NCBI GenBank assembly: GCA_022614695.1
Contig: JAKEIC010000077.1
Coordinates: 1 to 57,437 of the forward strand
Source of the DNA: Planctomycetales bacterium
GTDB lineage: Bacteria > Planctomycetota > JAKEIC01
DNA: 57,437 nt
Direction: 5' to 3'
In this document: one piece after another, positions 7,907 through 16,972 of the stretch
How positions within the stretch are numbered: position 1 is the first letter of the stretch
How the letters are laid out: each line of letters starts with the position of its first letter
Position numbers and translations under genes: made by a program
Notes under the pieces: generated by a model
What the model was told of the DNA's origin: nothing
Seen by the model: only the letters and a program-made list of their open reading frames with translations
The model's database searches: none

Positions 7907-10900
7907 ATGCCCGGGCGACCGCGACGGACCGCCGCCCCCCTCCTCCTCCGCGTCGTGGCCGCGGCCGCGACGGGCTGCCCCCCGGGCAAGTCGAAGTCCG
8001 ACAGGCTCCCCCCCCCGCCGCCACCCGTCCTGAACCTCATCGCCCCGACCATCGGGCCGACGACGGGAGGGACGCTCGTCACGCTCACGGGCACCGGGTT
8101 CCAGACCGGGGCCACGGTCCTCTTCGGCACGACGGCCTCGGCGACCGCCACGTTCGTCTCGGCGACGCGGCTCACCGCGACGGCGCCCTCCCTCGCGGCC
8201 GGGATCCACGCCGTCCGCGTCACGAACCCCGACAGCTTGTCGTCCCAGCTCGCCTCCGCGTTCCAGGCCTACGCGGGCGCCCCGCCGGCGCCGCTCGTCT
8301 TCGGGATCGCCCCGACGCAGGGGCCGACGACGGGAGGCACGGCGTTCAACATCTCGGGGACCGGGTTCCAGACGGGCGCCTCGATCCGGATCGGGGGGAA
8401 CCCGGCCGGGAACGTCGCGGTGATCTCGGCGACCCTCGCGGCGGGCGTGACTCCGGCCGGCGCGGTCGGCCCGGCGGACGTCTCGGTCGTGAACCCGGAC
8501 TCCCAGTCGGCGACCCTCGTGGCCGGGTTCTCGTACCGCCCGCCGGGCCCGGCGCCTCTCCCGACGCTCTCCGCGGTGACGCCCTCCGTCGGCTCGATGG
8601 CCGGGGGCGTGATCTCCACGTTCTCGGGCGCGAACTTCCAGACCGGGGCGACCGTCACGATCGGGGGGAACCCCGCGACCGCGGTCGTCGTCCTCTCGGC
8701 CTCGGCGATGCAGGCGCGGATCCCCGCGGGGCTGCCCGGATCGGTCGCCGTCACGATCACCAACCCCGACGGCGGGTCGGTGACGGTCCCGGGGGCCTTC
8801 ACGTACTTCGGCCCGGCGCCCACCGTCTCGTCCGCGACGCCCTCTTCCGGGCCGATCGGCGGGGGGACCCCGGTCACGATCTCGGGGAGCGGCTTCTACC
8901 CCGGGGCGACGGTGACCGTCTCCGGGCGCCCGACCATCAACCTGCTCTACGTCTCGACCACCACCCTCGTCGCGACGACGACCGCGGGCCCGATCGGCCC
9001 GGGGGCGATCGTTGTCACGAACGCCGACGGGGTCTCGGGGAGCCTCGCGGGGGGGTTCACGTACCAGGGGCCGCTCCCGACCGTCTCGGGAGTCACTCCC
9101 GGCTCCGGGCCCTCGTCGGGCGGGAGCACGGTCACGGTGACGGGGACCGACTTCTTCGCGGGCGCCACGGTCCTCGTCGGCGGGACGCCCGCCACGGGGG
9201 TCACCTGGGTCTCCCCCTACATCGTCCGGGCGACGACGCCCGCGGGGAACGTCGGCCCCGCTTCGGTGACCGTGACGAACGTGGACGGCCGATCGGCCAC
9301 GCTGGGCTCTGCCTTCACCTACGTGGGGCCCACTCCCGCTCTCTCGGGGGTCGCGCCCGCCTCCGGGCCGGTCGCGGGAGGGACGACGATCACGCTCTCC
9401 GGGACGGGCTTTGTGGCGGGGGCGACCGTCTCGGTGGGTGGCGTTGCCGCGGGGTCGCCGACGGTCTTCTCATCCACGCAGGCGACGGCGGTCACCCCGG
9501 CCGGCGTCGCGGGCGCGGCCCCGGTCCGGATCGCCAACCCGGACGGGCAGTCCTCGACGCTCGCCTCTGCCTTCACCTACATCGGCCCGGCCCCCACCGT
9601 TTCGGGCGTCTCTCCCGCCTCGGGCCCCGCGGCCGGGGGGACCGCCGTCACGGTCACGGGCACGGGTTTCGTGCCCGGCGCCACGGTGACGGTCGGGGGA
9701 GCCACGGCGACTTCCGTCGCCGTGGCTGGCTCCACCCAGGTCACCGGCGTGACCCCGGCCGGCGCCATCGGCCCCGCAACCGTCGTGGTGACGAACCCGG
9801 ACGGGCAGTCCGGGAGCCTCGGCGGCGGCTACACGTTCCAGGGGCCGACGCCCTCGCTCTCGGGGGTCGTGCCCGCGAGCGGCCCGGCGGCGGGGGGAGC
9901 GGCCCTCACGCTCGCAGGGGCGAACTTCGCCGCGGGGGCGACGGTGACCCTCGGGGGCGCCCCCGCGACCTCGGTCACGATCGCCGGTTCGACGACGATC
10001 ACGTGCACGTCCCCGGCCGGCGCGGCGGGACCCGCGGCGGTCGTCGTGACGAACCCCGACGGACAGTCCGCGACCCTCGCCGGCGCCTACAACTTCCTCG
10101 GGGCGACGCCCTCCCTTTCCTCCGTCTCCCCGGCCTCCGGCCCGGCGGCGGGCGGGACGGCCGTCACGCTCACGGGGACGAACTTCACCGGATCGGTCGG
10201 GGTGACCCTTGGAGGTATGGCCGCGACGAGCGTCGCGGTCGTCTCGGGGACGAGCGTCACCTGCGTCACGCCCGCGGGTCCCGTGGGGCCGGTCGCGGTG
10301 GTTGTGACCAACGCCGACGGGCAGACGGCCACCCTCGCCGCGGGGTTCACGTACCAGGGCCCGGTCCCGTCGCTCTCGTCGGTCTCTCCGGGGACGGGAT
10401 CCACGGGGGGCGGGACGCGCGTGACCCTCACGGGGACCGGTTTCGCGCCCGGGGCGACGGCCGCGATCGGCGGCGTGGCCGCGACGGGGGTGACGGTCGT
10501 GAACTCGACCACGATCACCGCCTGGACCCCCGCCGGGGCGGCGGGCACGGTCTCGGCCGACATCACGAACCCGGACGCCCAGACGGCGAACCTCGCCTCG
10601 GCCTACACGTACGCCGCGGGGCCCTCGGTCGCCTCCGTGTCCCCGGCGACAGGAACCTCCTCCGGCGGGACGTTCGTGACCGTGACCGGGACAGGCTTCG
10701 CGGTCGGGGCGACGGTGGACTTCTCGGGGGCGGCCGCCGGGACCGTGACGGTCGTCTCCGCGACGCAGATCACCTGCACGACGCCCGCCGGAGCCGTGGG
10801 ACCGGCCTCCGTGACGGTCACGAACCCCGGGCCGATGGCGGCGACCGCGCCGGGCGCCTTCACCTACCTCGGGGCGGCGCCGGCGGTTTCGGGGGTCTCC

Positions 10901-13900
10901 CCCGGTTCCGGCCCGCTCGCGGGCGGGACCGCGATCACGGTGACGGGGACGGACTTCGCCGCCGGGGCCACCGTGACGGTCGGAGGCGCGCCGGCGACGA
11001 GCGTGGCATTCGCCTCGACGACGCAGCTCACCGCCACGACCCCCGCGGGCGCGATCGGTCCGAAGTCCGTCGTCGTGACCAACCCGGACGGCCAGCCTGC
11101 GACCCTCTCGGGCGGGTTCAACCACCTCGGGCCGCCTCCCGCGATCTCGGGCGTGTCGCCGGCCTTCGGGCCGGCCGCCGGAGGGACGGCGCTCACGGTC
11201 TCGGGATCGAACTTCTTCGCGGGCGCCACGCTCGCCGTCGGCGGAGCCGCGGCGACGGGGGTGACGGTCTCCCCGGCGGCGCTCGTCCGGGGGACGACGC
11301 CCGCCGGGGCGGTCGGACCCGCGGCGGTGACCGTGACCAACGTGGACGGGCAGACCGCGACGCTCGCGGGGGCGTTCATCTTCCAGGGCGCGGCGCCGAC
11401 GCTCTCGGGCGTGTCGCCCGCCACGGGCTCGAGCCTCGGCGGGACGACCCTCACGCTCACGGGCACGAACTTCGTGACGGGCGCCGGCGTGACGATCGCC
11501 GGGGCGGCCGCGACGAGCGTCACCGTGGTCTCGACGACCACCGCGACGGCCGTCACTCCCGCCGGCACGGTCGGCCCGGCCGCGATCCAGCTCACGAACC
11601 CGGACCTGCAGGGAGCGACCCTGGGCTCGGGGTTCACCTACGTGGGGCCGGCGCCCACCGTGACCGCCGTCTCGCCCACGGCCGGTCCCGCCTCCGGCGG
11701 GCTCACCGTCACGCTGACCGGGACGAACTTCGCCGCGGGGGCGACGGTGACATTCGCCGGGATCCAGGCCCCGGGAGCCGTGACCGTCGTCTCCGCGACG
11801 CAGCTCACCTGCACGACCCCGGCCGCCCCGGTCGGTCCCGCCACGGTCACGGTCCGGAACGCCGACGGGAACGCGGGGTCGCTGGCCTCCGCCTACACCT
11901 TCACGGGCCCCGCGCCCTCGATCGCGGGACTCACGCCGAACGCCGGCACCTCGGCCGGCGGGAGCGTTGTCACGGTCACCGGCTCGGGGTTCTCGGGGGG
12001 AACGACCGTCGCGTTCGGGAGCGGCATCGCCACGGGGGTCGCCGTCGTCTCCTCGACCCTCCTCACGGCCACGACCCCGGCGGGCGCGATGGGCCCCGCG
12101 ACGGTCACGGTGACGACGGCCGACGGCCAGAGCGCCTCGCTCGCCGGCGGCTACACCTACCTCGGCCCATCTCCGGTGCTCTCTTCGGTCGCGCCCTCCT
12201 CGGGGCCGGTCGCGGGGGGGACGGCGGTGACCCTCACGGGGACGAACTTCGCGGCCGGAGCGACGGTCACCTTCGGCGGGGCGATCGCGACCTCGGTGAC
12301 CGTCGCGAGTGCCAGTTCGATCACTTGCGTGGCGCCCGCGGGCGCGATGGGACCGGCGAGCGTCGTCGTGACCAACGTGGACGGCCAGTCGTCCACGCTC
12401 GCGTCCGGCTGGACCTTCCTCGGACCCGCCCCCACCGCGACCTCGGTCTCTCCCTCGAACGGCCCCGCCGGCGGCGGGACCGTCCTCACGGTCACCGGGA
12501 CGAACTTCGCCGCGGGAGCGACGGTCACGGTGGGAGGCGCCCCGGGGACCCTGGTCACGCTCCTCTCCGCGACCCAGGTCCGTTGCACCGCGCCCGCAGG
12601 CCCGGTCGGGCCGGCGAGCGTGACCGTCACGAACGTGGACGGGCAGGCCGCGACCGTGGCGGCCGGGTTCACGTACACCGGAGCGCTGCCGAGCGTCACC
12701 TCGGTCTCCCCGGCGTCGGGTCCCTCCACCGGGGGGAGTCTGGTCACGGTCACCGGGACGAACTTCTACGCCGGGGCGACGGTCGCCTTCGGCGGAGCCC
12801 TGGCGACCTCGGCGACCGTCGCCAGCCCGACCGCGATCGCCTGCTTCACCCCCTCGGGGAGCGTGGGAGTCGTGACGGTCGTCGTCACGAACGCCGACGG
12901 CCAGTCGGCCACCCTCGCGGGCGGGTTCACCTACATCGGGCCCGCGCCCACGCTCTCGACGGTCTCCCCCTCCTCGGGGCCGATGGCCGGGGGGACCGCG
13001 GTGACGCTCACGGGGACGAACTACGCGGCCGGGGCCACGGTCACGATCGGGGGGGCGGCGGCCGGATCGGTGACCGTCGCCTCGTCCACCTCGATCACCG
13101 CCACGACCCCCGCGGGCGCGAACGGTCCGGCGGCCGTCGTCGTCACGAACCCGGACAGCCAGACGGCGACCCTCGCAGGCGGGTTCAACTACCTGGGGAC
13201 GGCGCCGACCCTCGGGAGCGTGAGCCCCGGCTCCGGCCCGCTCACGGGCGGCACGGCGATCACGCTCACCGGGACCAGCTTCTTCGCGGGCGCGACCGTC
13301 GCCGTGGGCGGGGCGGCCGCCACCAGCTCGACGGTCGTCTCCTCGACGACGGCCACGGCGGGGACTCCCGCCGGGGCGATCGGACCGGCCGCGGTCCGGA
13401 TCACGAACCCCGACGGACAGTTCGCCGAGATCGCCTCGGGGTTCAACTATCTCGGCCCCGCGCCGACGCTCACGACGATCTCCCCGAACTCGGGCCCCCC
13501 GGCCGGGGGGACCGCGATCACCCTCACGGGCTCGAACTTCGCGGGGGGAGCGACCGTGACGGTCGGGGGCGGCGGGGCGACGACCGTCACGGTCGCTAGT
13601 TCCACGACGATCACGTGCGCCACGCCCGCCGCCGCGGTCGGGACGGCGACGGTCACGGTCACGAACCCGGACGGCCAGTCGGCGAGCCTCGGGGGCGGCT
13701 TCACGTACATGGGCCTCGCGCCCGGACTCTCCTCGGTCTCCCCGGCGTCGGGTCCCATGGCCGGGGGGACGACGATCACGCTCTCCGGAGCCAACTTCTA
13801 TGCCGGGGCGACCGCGACGGTCGGAGGCGTGCCGGCGACATCGGTGACCCTCGTCTCGAGCTCCTCGCTCACCTGCGTGACGCCCGCGGGACAGAACGGC

Positions 13901-15628
13901 CCGGCCGCCGTCGTCCTACGGAACCCCGACGGCCAGCAGGCCTCGATGCCGGCGGCGTTCAACTACCTGGGCGCGGCGCCCTCCATCGCGTCCGTCTCGC
14001 CGGCCTCGGGCCCGACGGCGGGCGGGACCTCGATCACGCTCTCGGGGACGGGGTTCTACGCGGGAGCGACGGTGACGGTCGGGGGGAGCCTCGCGACGTC
14101 GGTCTCGGTCCCCTCGACGACGCAGTTGGCGTGCGTGGCCCCGGCGGGCGCGGCCGGCCCGGCAGCCGTCGTCCTCACGAACCGGGACGGCCAGTCGGCG
14201 TCGCTGGCGGCGGCGTTCACCTACGTAGCGCCGCCGGTCGTCACCTCGATCTTCCCGACCGTCGGGCCCCCGGGCGGGGGAACCACCGTCACGTTCACGG
14301 GGAGCGGGTTCCAGTCGGGGGCGACGGTCCTCTTCGGGGCGTCGGCCGGGACGACCGTGATCCTTGTCTCCTCGACGCAGATCACGGCCGTCTCCCCCAC
14401 GGGGACCGGGACCGTCTCGGTGACCGTCACCAACACCGATGGCCAGTCGGGGACCCTCGCGGCCGCCTACGGCTACACGAACAACCCCGTCGTGACCTCG
14501 GTCTCGCCGGCGTCCGGCCCGCTCTCGGGGGGGCAGACCGTGACGATCGCGGGGATGAACTTCTTCTCCGGGGCGACGGCGGACTTCGGGGGCCTCGCCC
14601 TCACGGTGTCCTCGGTCTCGGCCACCCAGGTCGTGGGGACGACAGCGGCGTCCGCGGCGACGGGATCGGTGACCGCGCGCGTCACCAACCCGGGGCCGTT
14701 CGCGGGAACCCTCGCGAACGGCTACTGCTACCAGGTGACGGCGGGCTCGCGGACGGCGGCCTACGTGTGGGACACCTCGTCGGGGATCGACTACCGCCGC
14801 CGCTGGTACGTGGACTTCGCCTCGACGCAGTTCGCGAACGACCTGGCCGCGGCGGGCCTCTCGACGAGCGGCTCGCACCCGGGGACGGACGCCCAGGCGA
14901 AGGACCTGGTCCAGGAGCAGATCCTCCGGACGGTGAACATCGCGTACCTCCGGAACGCCGACGGGAGCAAGGTCTCGGGGACCTCGTTCAACGTGACCTT
15001 CGTGGGCGTGGCGCCGGCCGCCGGGACGCCCGGCGGGACGGGAGCGAGCGACTACGGCCGCATGTGCGTGGGAGGCTGCGACACGGCGGGCTGCTCGACG
15101 GGAGTCCTCGGGATCGCGAGCTACGACAACGTCACCGCGAGCAACCCGTGCAACGACTTCTCCGAGGACAACTGCGGCGTGGTCCTCGGGACCGGGAACA
15201 CGGGGGTCTTCACGCGGAACCTCCTGAACGCCTGGACCTCGACGCTCTCGCCGGCCCTCGCGACGAGCGGCGCCGACGAGAAGTTCGTGGACGGCTGCTA
15301 CACGCTCGGCCAGGGCTCGGCCGCCGACGACGCGCGGTTCAACCAGATCCGGAACTACATCGCCGAGTTCGGCCGCCGCGTCGCGTTCACGCTCGCCCAC
15401 GAGGTCGGCCACTCGATGGGCCTCGTGGCGAACGGGACCGGCTCGCCCTGCGCCGTCCACTCGACGGGGATCTCCTGCACCCCGAGCAGCGCCGGCCACG
15501 ACTGCTCCGCCACGACGAACGTCATGAACGCGCTCACGACCCTCTCCGGGAGCTTCTCCGACACCTCCCGCACGTTCACGACGAACGACCAGACCCAGCT
15601 CGGGAGCTTCGTGGGGCTGAGCCCCTAG
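7907..15628 (+). CDS. Giant lipoprotein with 26 tandem IPT/TIG-like Ig-fold domains and a C-terminal Cys-rich zincin-like domain (HEVGH)
   Basis: ATG 7907 gives MPGRPRRTAAPLLLRVVAAAATGC, a lipobox-like ATGC. I counted 26 repeats of ~86 aa of the type P-x-[VL]-S-[GS]-V-S-P-A-S-G-P-x-A-G-G-T-x-V-T-[LV]-T-G-T-[GN]-F-x-x-G-A-T-V-T-[VF]-G-G...V-T-N-P-D-G-Q. The last ~295 aa contain many Cys and FTLAHEVGHSMGL. The ORF-track start at 6866 overlaps K1 out of frame and is rejected. Confidence 0.85.
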   Translation: MPGRPRRTAAPLLLRVVAAAATGCPPGKSKSDRLPPPPPPVLNLIAPTIGPTTGGTLVTLTGTGFQTGATVLFGTTASATATFVSATRLTATAPSLAAGIHAVRVTNPDSLSSQLASAFQAYAGAPPAPLVFGIAPTQGPTTGGTAFNISGTGFQTGASIRIGGNPAGNVAVISATLAAGVTPAGAVGPADVSVVNPDSQSATLVAGFSYRPPGPAPLPTLSAVTPSVGSMAGGVISTFSGANFQTGATVTIGGNPATAVVVLSASAMQARIPAGLPGSVAVTITNPDGGSVTVPGAFTYFGPAPTVSSATPSSGPIGGGTPVTISGSGFYPGATVTVSGRPTINLLYVSTTTLVATTTAGPIGPGAIVVTNADGVSGSLAGGFTYQGPLPTVSGVTPGSGPSSGGSTVTVTGTDFFAGATVLVGGTPATGVTWVSPYIVRATTPAGNVGPASVTVTNVDGRSATLGSAFTYVGPTPALSGVAPASGPVAGGTTITLSGTGFVAGATVSVGGVAAGSPTVFSSTQATAVTPAGVAGAAPVRIANPDGQSSTLASAFTYIGPAPTVSGVSPASGPAAGGTAVTVTGTGFVPGATVTVGGATATSVAVAGSTQVTGVTPAGAIGPATVVVTNPDGQSGSLGGGYTFQGPTPSLSGVVPASGPAAGGAALTLAGANFAAGATVTLGGAPATSVTIAGSTTITCTSPAGAAGPAAVVVTNPDGQSATLAGAYNFLGATPSLSSVSPASGPAAGGTAVTLTGTNFTGSVGVTLGGMAATSVAVVSGTSVTCVTPAGPVGPVAVVVTNADGQTATLAAGFTYQGPVPSLSSVSPGTGSTGGGTRVTLTGTGFAPGATAAIGGVAATGVTVVNSTTITAWTPAGAAGTVSADITNPDAQTANLASAYTYAAGPSVASVSPATGTSSGGTFVTVTGTGFAVGATVDFSGAAAGTVTVVSATQITCTTPAGAVGPASVTVTNPGPMAATAPGAFTYLGAAPAVSGVSPGSGPLAGGTAITVTGTDFAAGATVTVGGAPATSVAFASTTQLTATTPAGAIGPKSVVVTNPDGQPATLSGGFNHLGPPPAISGVSPAFGPAAGGTALTVSGSNFFAGATLAVGGAAATGVTVSPAALVRGTTPAGAVGPAAVTVTNVDGQTATLAGAFIFQGAAPTLSGVSPATGSSLGGTTLTLTGTNFVTGAGVTIAGAAATSVTVVSTTTATAVTPAGTVGPAAIQLTNPDLQGATLGSGFTYVGPAPTVTAVSPTAGPASGGLTVTLTGTNFAAGATVTFAGIQAPGAVTVVSATQLTCTTPAAPVGPATVTVRNADGNAGSLASAYTFTGPAPSIAGLTPNAGTSAGGSVVTVTGSGFSGGTTVAFGSGIATGVAVVSSTLLTATTPAGAMGPATVTVTTADGQSASLAGGYTYLGPSPVLSSVAPSSGPVAGGTAVTLTGTNFAAGATVTFGGAIATSVTVASASSITCVAPAGAMGPASVVVTNVDGQSSTLASGWTFLGPAPTATSVSPSNGPAGGGTVLTVTGTNFAAGATVTVGGAPGTLVTLLSATQVRCTAPAGPVGPASVTVTNVDGQAATVAAGFTYTGALPSVTSVSPASGPSTGGSLVTVTGTNFYAGATVAFGGALATSATVASPTAIACFTPSGSVGVVTVVVTNADGQSATLAGGFTYIGPAPTLSTVSPSSGPMAGGTAVTLTGTNYAAGATVTIGGAAAGSVTVASSTSITATTPAGANGPAAVVVTNPDSQTATLAGGFNYLGTAPTLGSVSPGSGPLTGGTAITLTGTSFFAGATVAVGGAAATSSTVVSSTTATAGTPAGAIGPAAVRITNPDGQFAEIASGFNYLGPAPTLTTISPNSGPPAGGTAITLTGSNFAGGATVTVGGGGATTVTVASSTTITCATPAAAVGTATVTVTNPDGQSASLGGGFTYMGLAPGLSSVSPASGPMAGGTTITLSGANFYAGATATVGGVPATSVTLVSSSSLTCVTPAGQNGPAAVVLRNPDGQQASMPAAFNYLGAAPSIASVSPASGPTAGGTSITLSGTGFYAGATVTVGGSLATSVSVPSTTQLACVAPAGAAGPAAVVLTNRDGQSASLAAAFTYVAPPVVTSIFPTVGPPGGGTTVTFTGSGFQSGATVLFGASAGTTVILVSSTQITAVSPTGTGTVSVTVTNTDGQSGTLAAAYGYTNNPVVTSVSPASGPLSGGQTVTIAGMNFFSGATADFGGLALTVSSVSATQVVGTTAASAATGSVTARVTNPGPFAGTLANGYCYQVTAGSRTAAYVWDTSSGIDYRRRWYVDFASTQFANDLAAAGLSTSGSHPGTDAQAKDLVQEQILRTVNIAYLRNADGSKVSGTSFNVTFVGVAPAAGTPGGTGASDYGRMCVGGCDTAGCSTGVLGIASYDNVTASNPCNDFSEDNCGVVLGTGNTGVFTRNLLNAWTSTLSPALATSGADEKFVDGCYTLGQGSAADDARFNQIRNYIAEFGRRVAFTLAHEVGHSMGLVANGTGSPCAVHSTGISCTPSSAGHDCSATTNVMNALTTLSGSFSDTSRTFTTNDQTQLGSFVGLSP
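8023..14735 (+). repeat. Coding tandem repeat array of 26 units of about 258 bp (IPT/TIG domains)
   Basis: The G-P-x-x-G-G-T...T-G-[TS]-x-F motif recurs about every 86 codons. The repeat also produces a ladder of 85-86-aa minus-strand shadow ORFs (for example 8947-9204, 9319-9576, 10603-10863, 13189-13446). Confidence 0.85.
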
Positions 15629-16926
15629 TCCACCGCGAAGACGCGCATCGGGGCGGACTTCCCCCTCACCGGCATCGAGGGGAGCTCCCGGAGCCCCTTG
15701 TCCCCCGCGACGAGGGCGGCCGTGTCTGCCGAGGCGAGGATCGGGGCGCCCGCGAGCTTCGTCAGCCCCTCGAGACGGCTCGCGGTGTTCACGGCGTCGC
15801 CGATCACCGTGAACTCGAGGCGCCGACCCGGGGCGCCGATGTTGCCCGAGACGACGGATCCGGTGTGGATGCCGATCCCCATCCGGAGCGTGGGCAGTCC
15901 CCGGGCCTCCCGCCCCCGGTTGTGCGCCGCGAGAGCCGCGACCATCGCGCGGGCGCACCCGACGGCGGCCGCCGCCCCGTGGTCGTTCGCGTCGCCGCCC
16001 CCCGGCGACTCCACCCCGAAGACGACGAGCGCCCCGTCCCCCATGAACTTGTCGAGGACCCCTCCGTGGCGCTCCACCTCGCCATACATGGCCCCGTGGT
16101 AGGCGTTCAGCTGCTCGACGACCTCCGTCGGGGGAAGCCTCTCGCTCATCGCCGTGAACTCGCGGAGGTCGCTCGATAGGAGCGTCACGGTCCGGAGCTG
16201 TCCTCCGAGCGCGAGCGCCGCCTCGGGGTCGCCCTCGACGACGCGGCGGACCGCCGCCTCCGGGAGGTAGCGCCCGAGGAGCCTCACGCGGGCGTGGGTC
16301 TCGAGGGTCTTGCGCGCCTCGTTCGCCGAGAACCAGCCCACCACGCCCGCGATCCCGAGCAGCGAGGTGGCCACGAAGTGCGGGGCCCCGAACCGGATCG
16401 AGAACCAGTCGTACTGCCGGTGCCAGGAGAGGCACAGGACGAAGAGGAGCGCCGCCACGGCGCCCCCCAGGACGGCCGCGCGGTGGTGGTTCCGGATCGT
16501 GTTGATGAGCAGGACCGAGAGGAGCGCCGGCGCGCAGACCGTCCCGACGAACTGCTCGCCGTCGCGCCGGGCCTCCAGCGGCATCTCGATCGAGGACATG
16601 ACGAAGAAGATCCCGACGGAGCAGGAGAGGTCGAGGAGGACCGACCCGTAGACGACCGACGGCCGCGCGCCCACCCGGCGGACGAGCACGCGGAGCGCGA
16701 GGGCGAACCCGAAGACGGTCGAGAAATAGAGGGTCGGCACCCAGGTCGCGCCCTCCTGGAAGAAGAGGTTCACCGCGATCGAGACGGGGACGACGAGCCC
16801 GAAGGCGAGGAGCCGGTAGAACGCGATGGCGCGCTCGACGCGGTCCCGCGAGAGCCGCAGCGTCTGGTCTATCTCCCGCCGCGCCGTGCCGCCGCTGGCC
16901 ATGGGGCACCTCCCGCGCGAGAGCAT
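15625..16926 (-). CDS. Membrane-anchored class III adenylate/guanylate cyclase
   Basis: The N-terminal half has about six hydrophobic helices. The C-terminal half reads LLSSDLREFTAMSE...LDKFMGDGALVVFG...GIGIHTGSVVSGNIG...FTVIGDAVNTASRLEG, the class III cyclase signature. The stop codon shares a CTAG with the convergent IPT gene stop. Confidence 0.85.
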   Translation of the reverse strand: MLSRGRCPMASGGTARREIDQTLRLSRDRVERAIAFYRLLAFGLVVPVSIAVNLFFQEGATWVPTLYFSTVFGFALALRVLVRRVGARPSVVYGSVLLDLSCSVGIFFVMSSIEMPLEARRDGEQFVGTVCAPALLSVLLINTIRNHHRAAVLGGAVAALLFVLCLSWHRQYDWFSIRFGAPHFVATSLLGIAGVVGWFSANEARKTLETHARVRLLGRYLPEAAVRRVVEGDPEAALALGGQLRTVTLLSSDLREFTAMSERLPPTEVVEQLNAYHGAMYGEVERHGGVLDKFMGDGALVVFGVESPGGGDANDHGAAAAVGCARAMVAALAAHNRGREARGLPTLRMGIGIHTGSVVSGNIGAPGRRLEFTVIGDAVNTASRLEGLTKLAGAPILASADTAALVAGDKGLRELPSMPVRGKSAPMRVFAVD

Positions 16927-16972
16927 AGCCCGACGCGGCGAGGGGCGAGAGGCCCGGCGGGGCCGAGACCCA

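Noticed and set aside
5655-8024. Very long minus-strand ORFs antisense to the kinase/TPR and other genes. Examples are 5655-8024, 13916-16909, 21184-24585, 24552-26591, 26651-28615, 28725-30599, 42880-44334, 45118-46467, 47668-49758 and 52958-54748.
   Set aside because: Their translations are Arg/Pro/Gly-rich low-complexity strings with no recognisable motifs. They lie opposite ORFs that carry clear domain signatures. Stop-codon-poor antisense frames are expected at this GC content.
8947-13446. Ladder of 85-86-aa minus-strand ORFs at ~258-bp intervals, which could be mistaken for a gene family or a CRISPR-like periodic array.
   Set aside because: The periodicity is that of the IPT/TIG coding repeat on the plus strand. 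The units are diverged coding repeats without spacer/repeat structure.
15625-15628. The convergent IPT gene and cyclase gene share a palindromic CTAG as both stop codons (a 3-4-nt overlap).
   Set aside because: This is a real but trivial consequence of compact convergent genes. No terminator or regulatory structure is associated with it.
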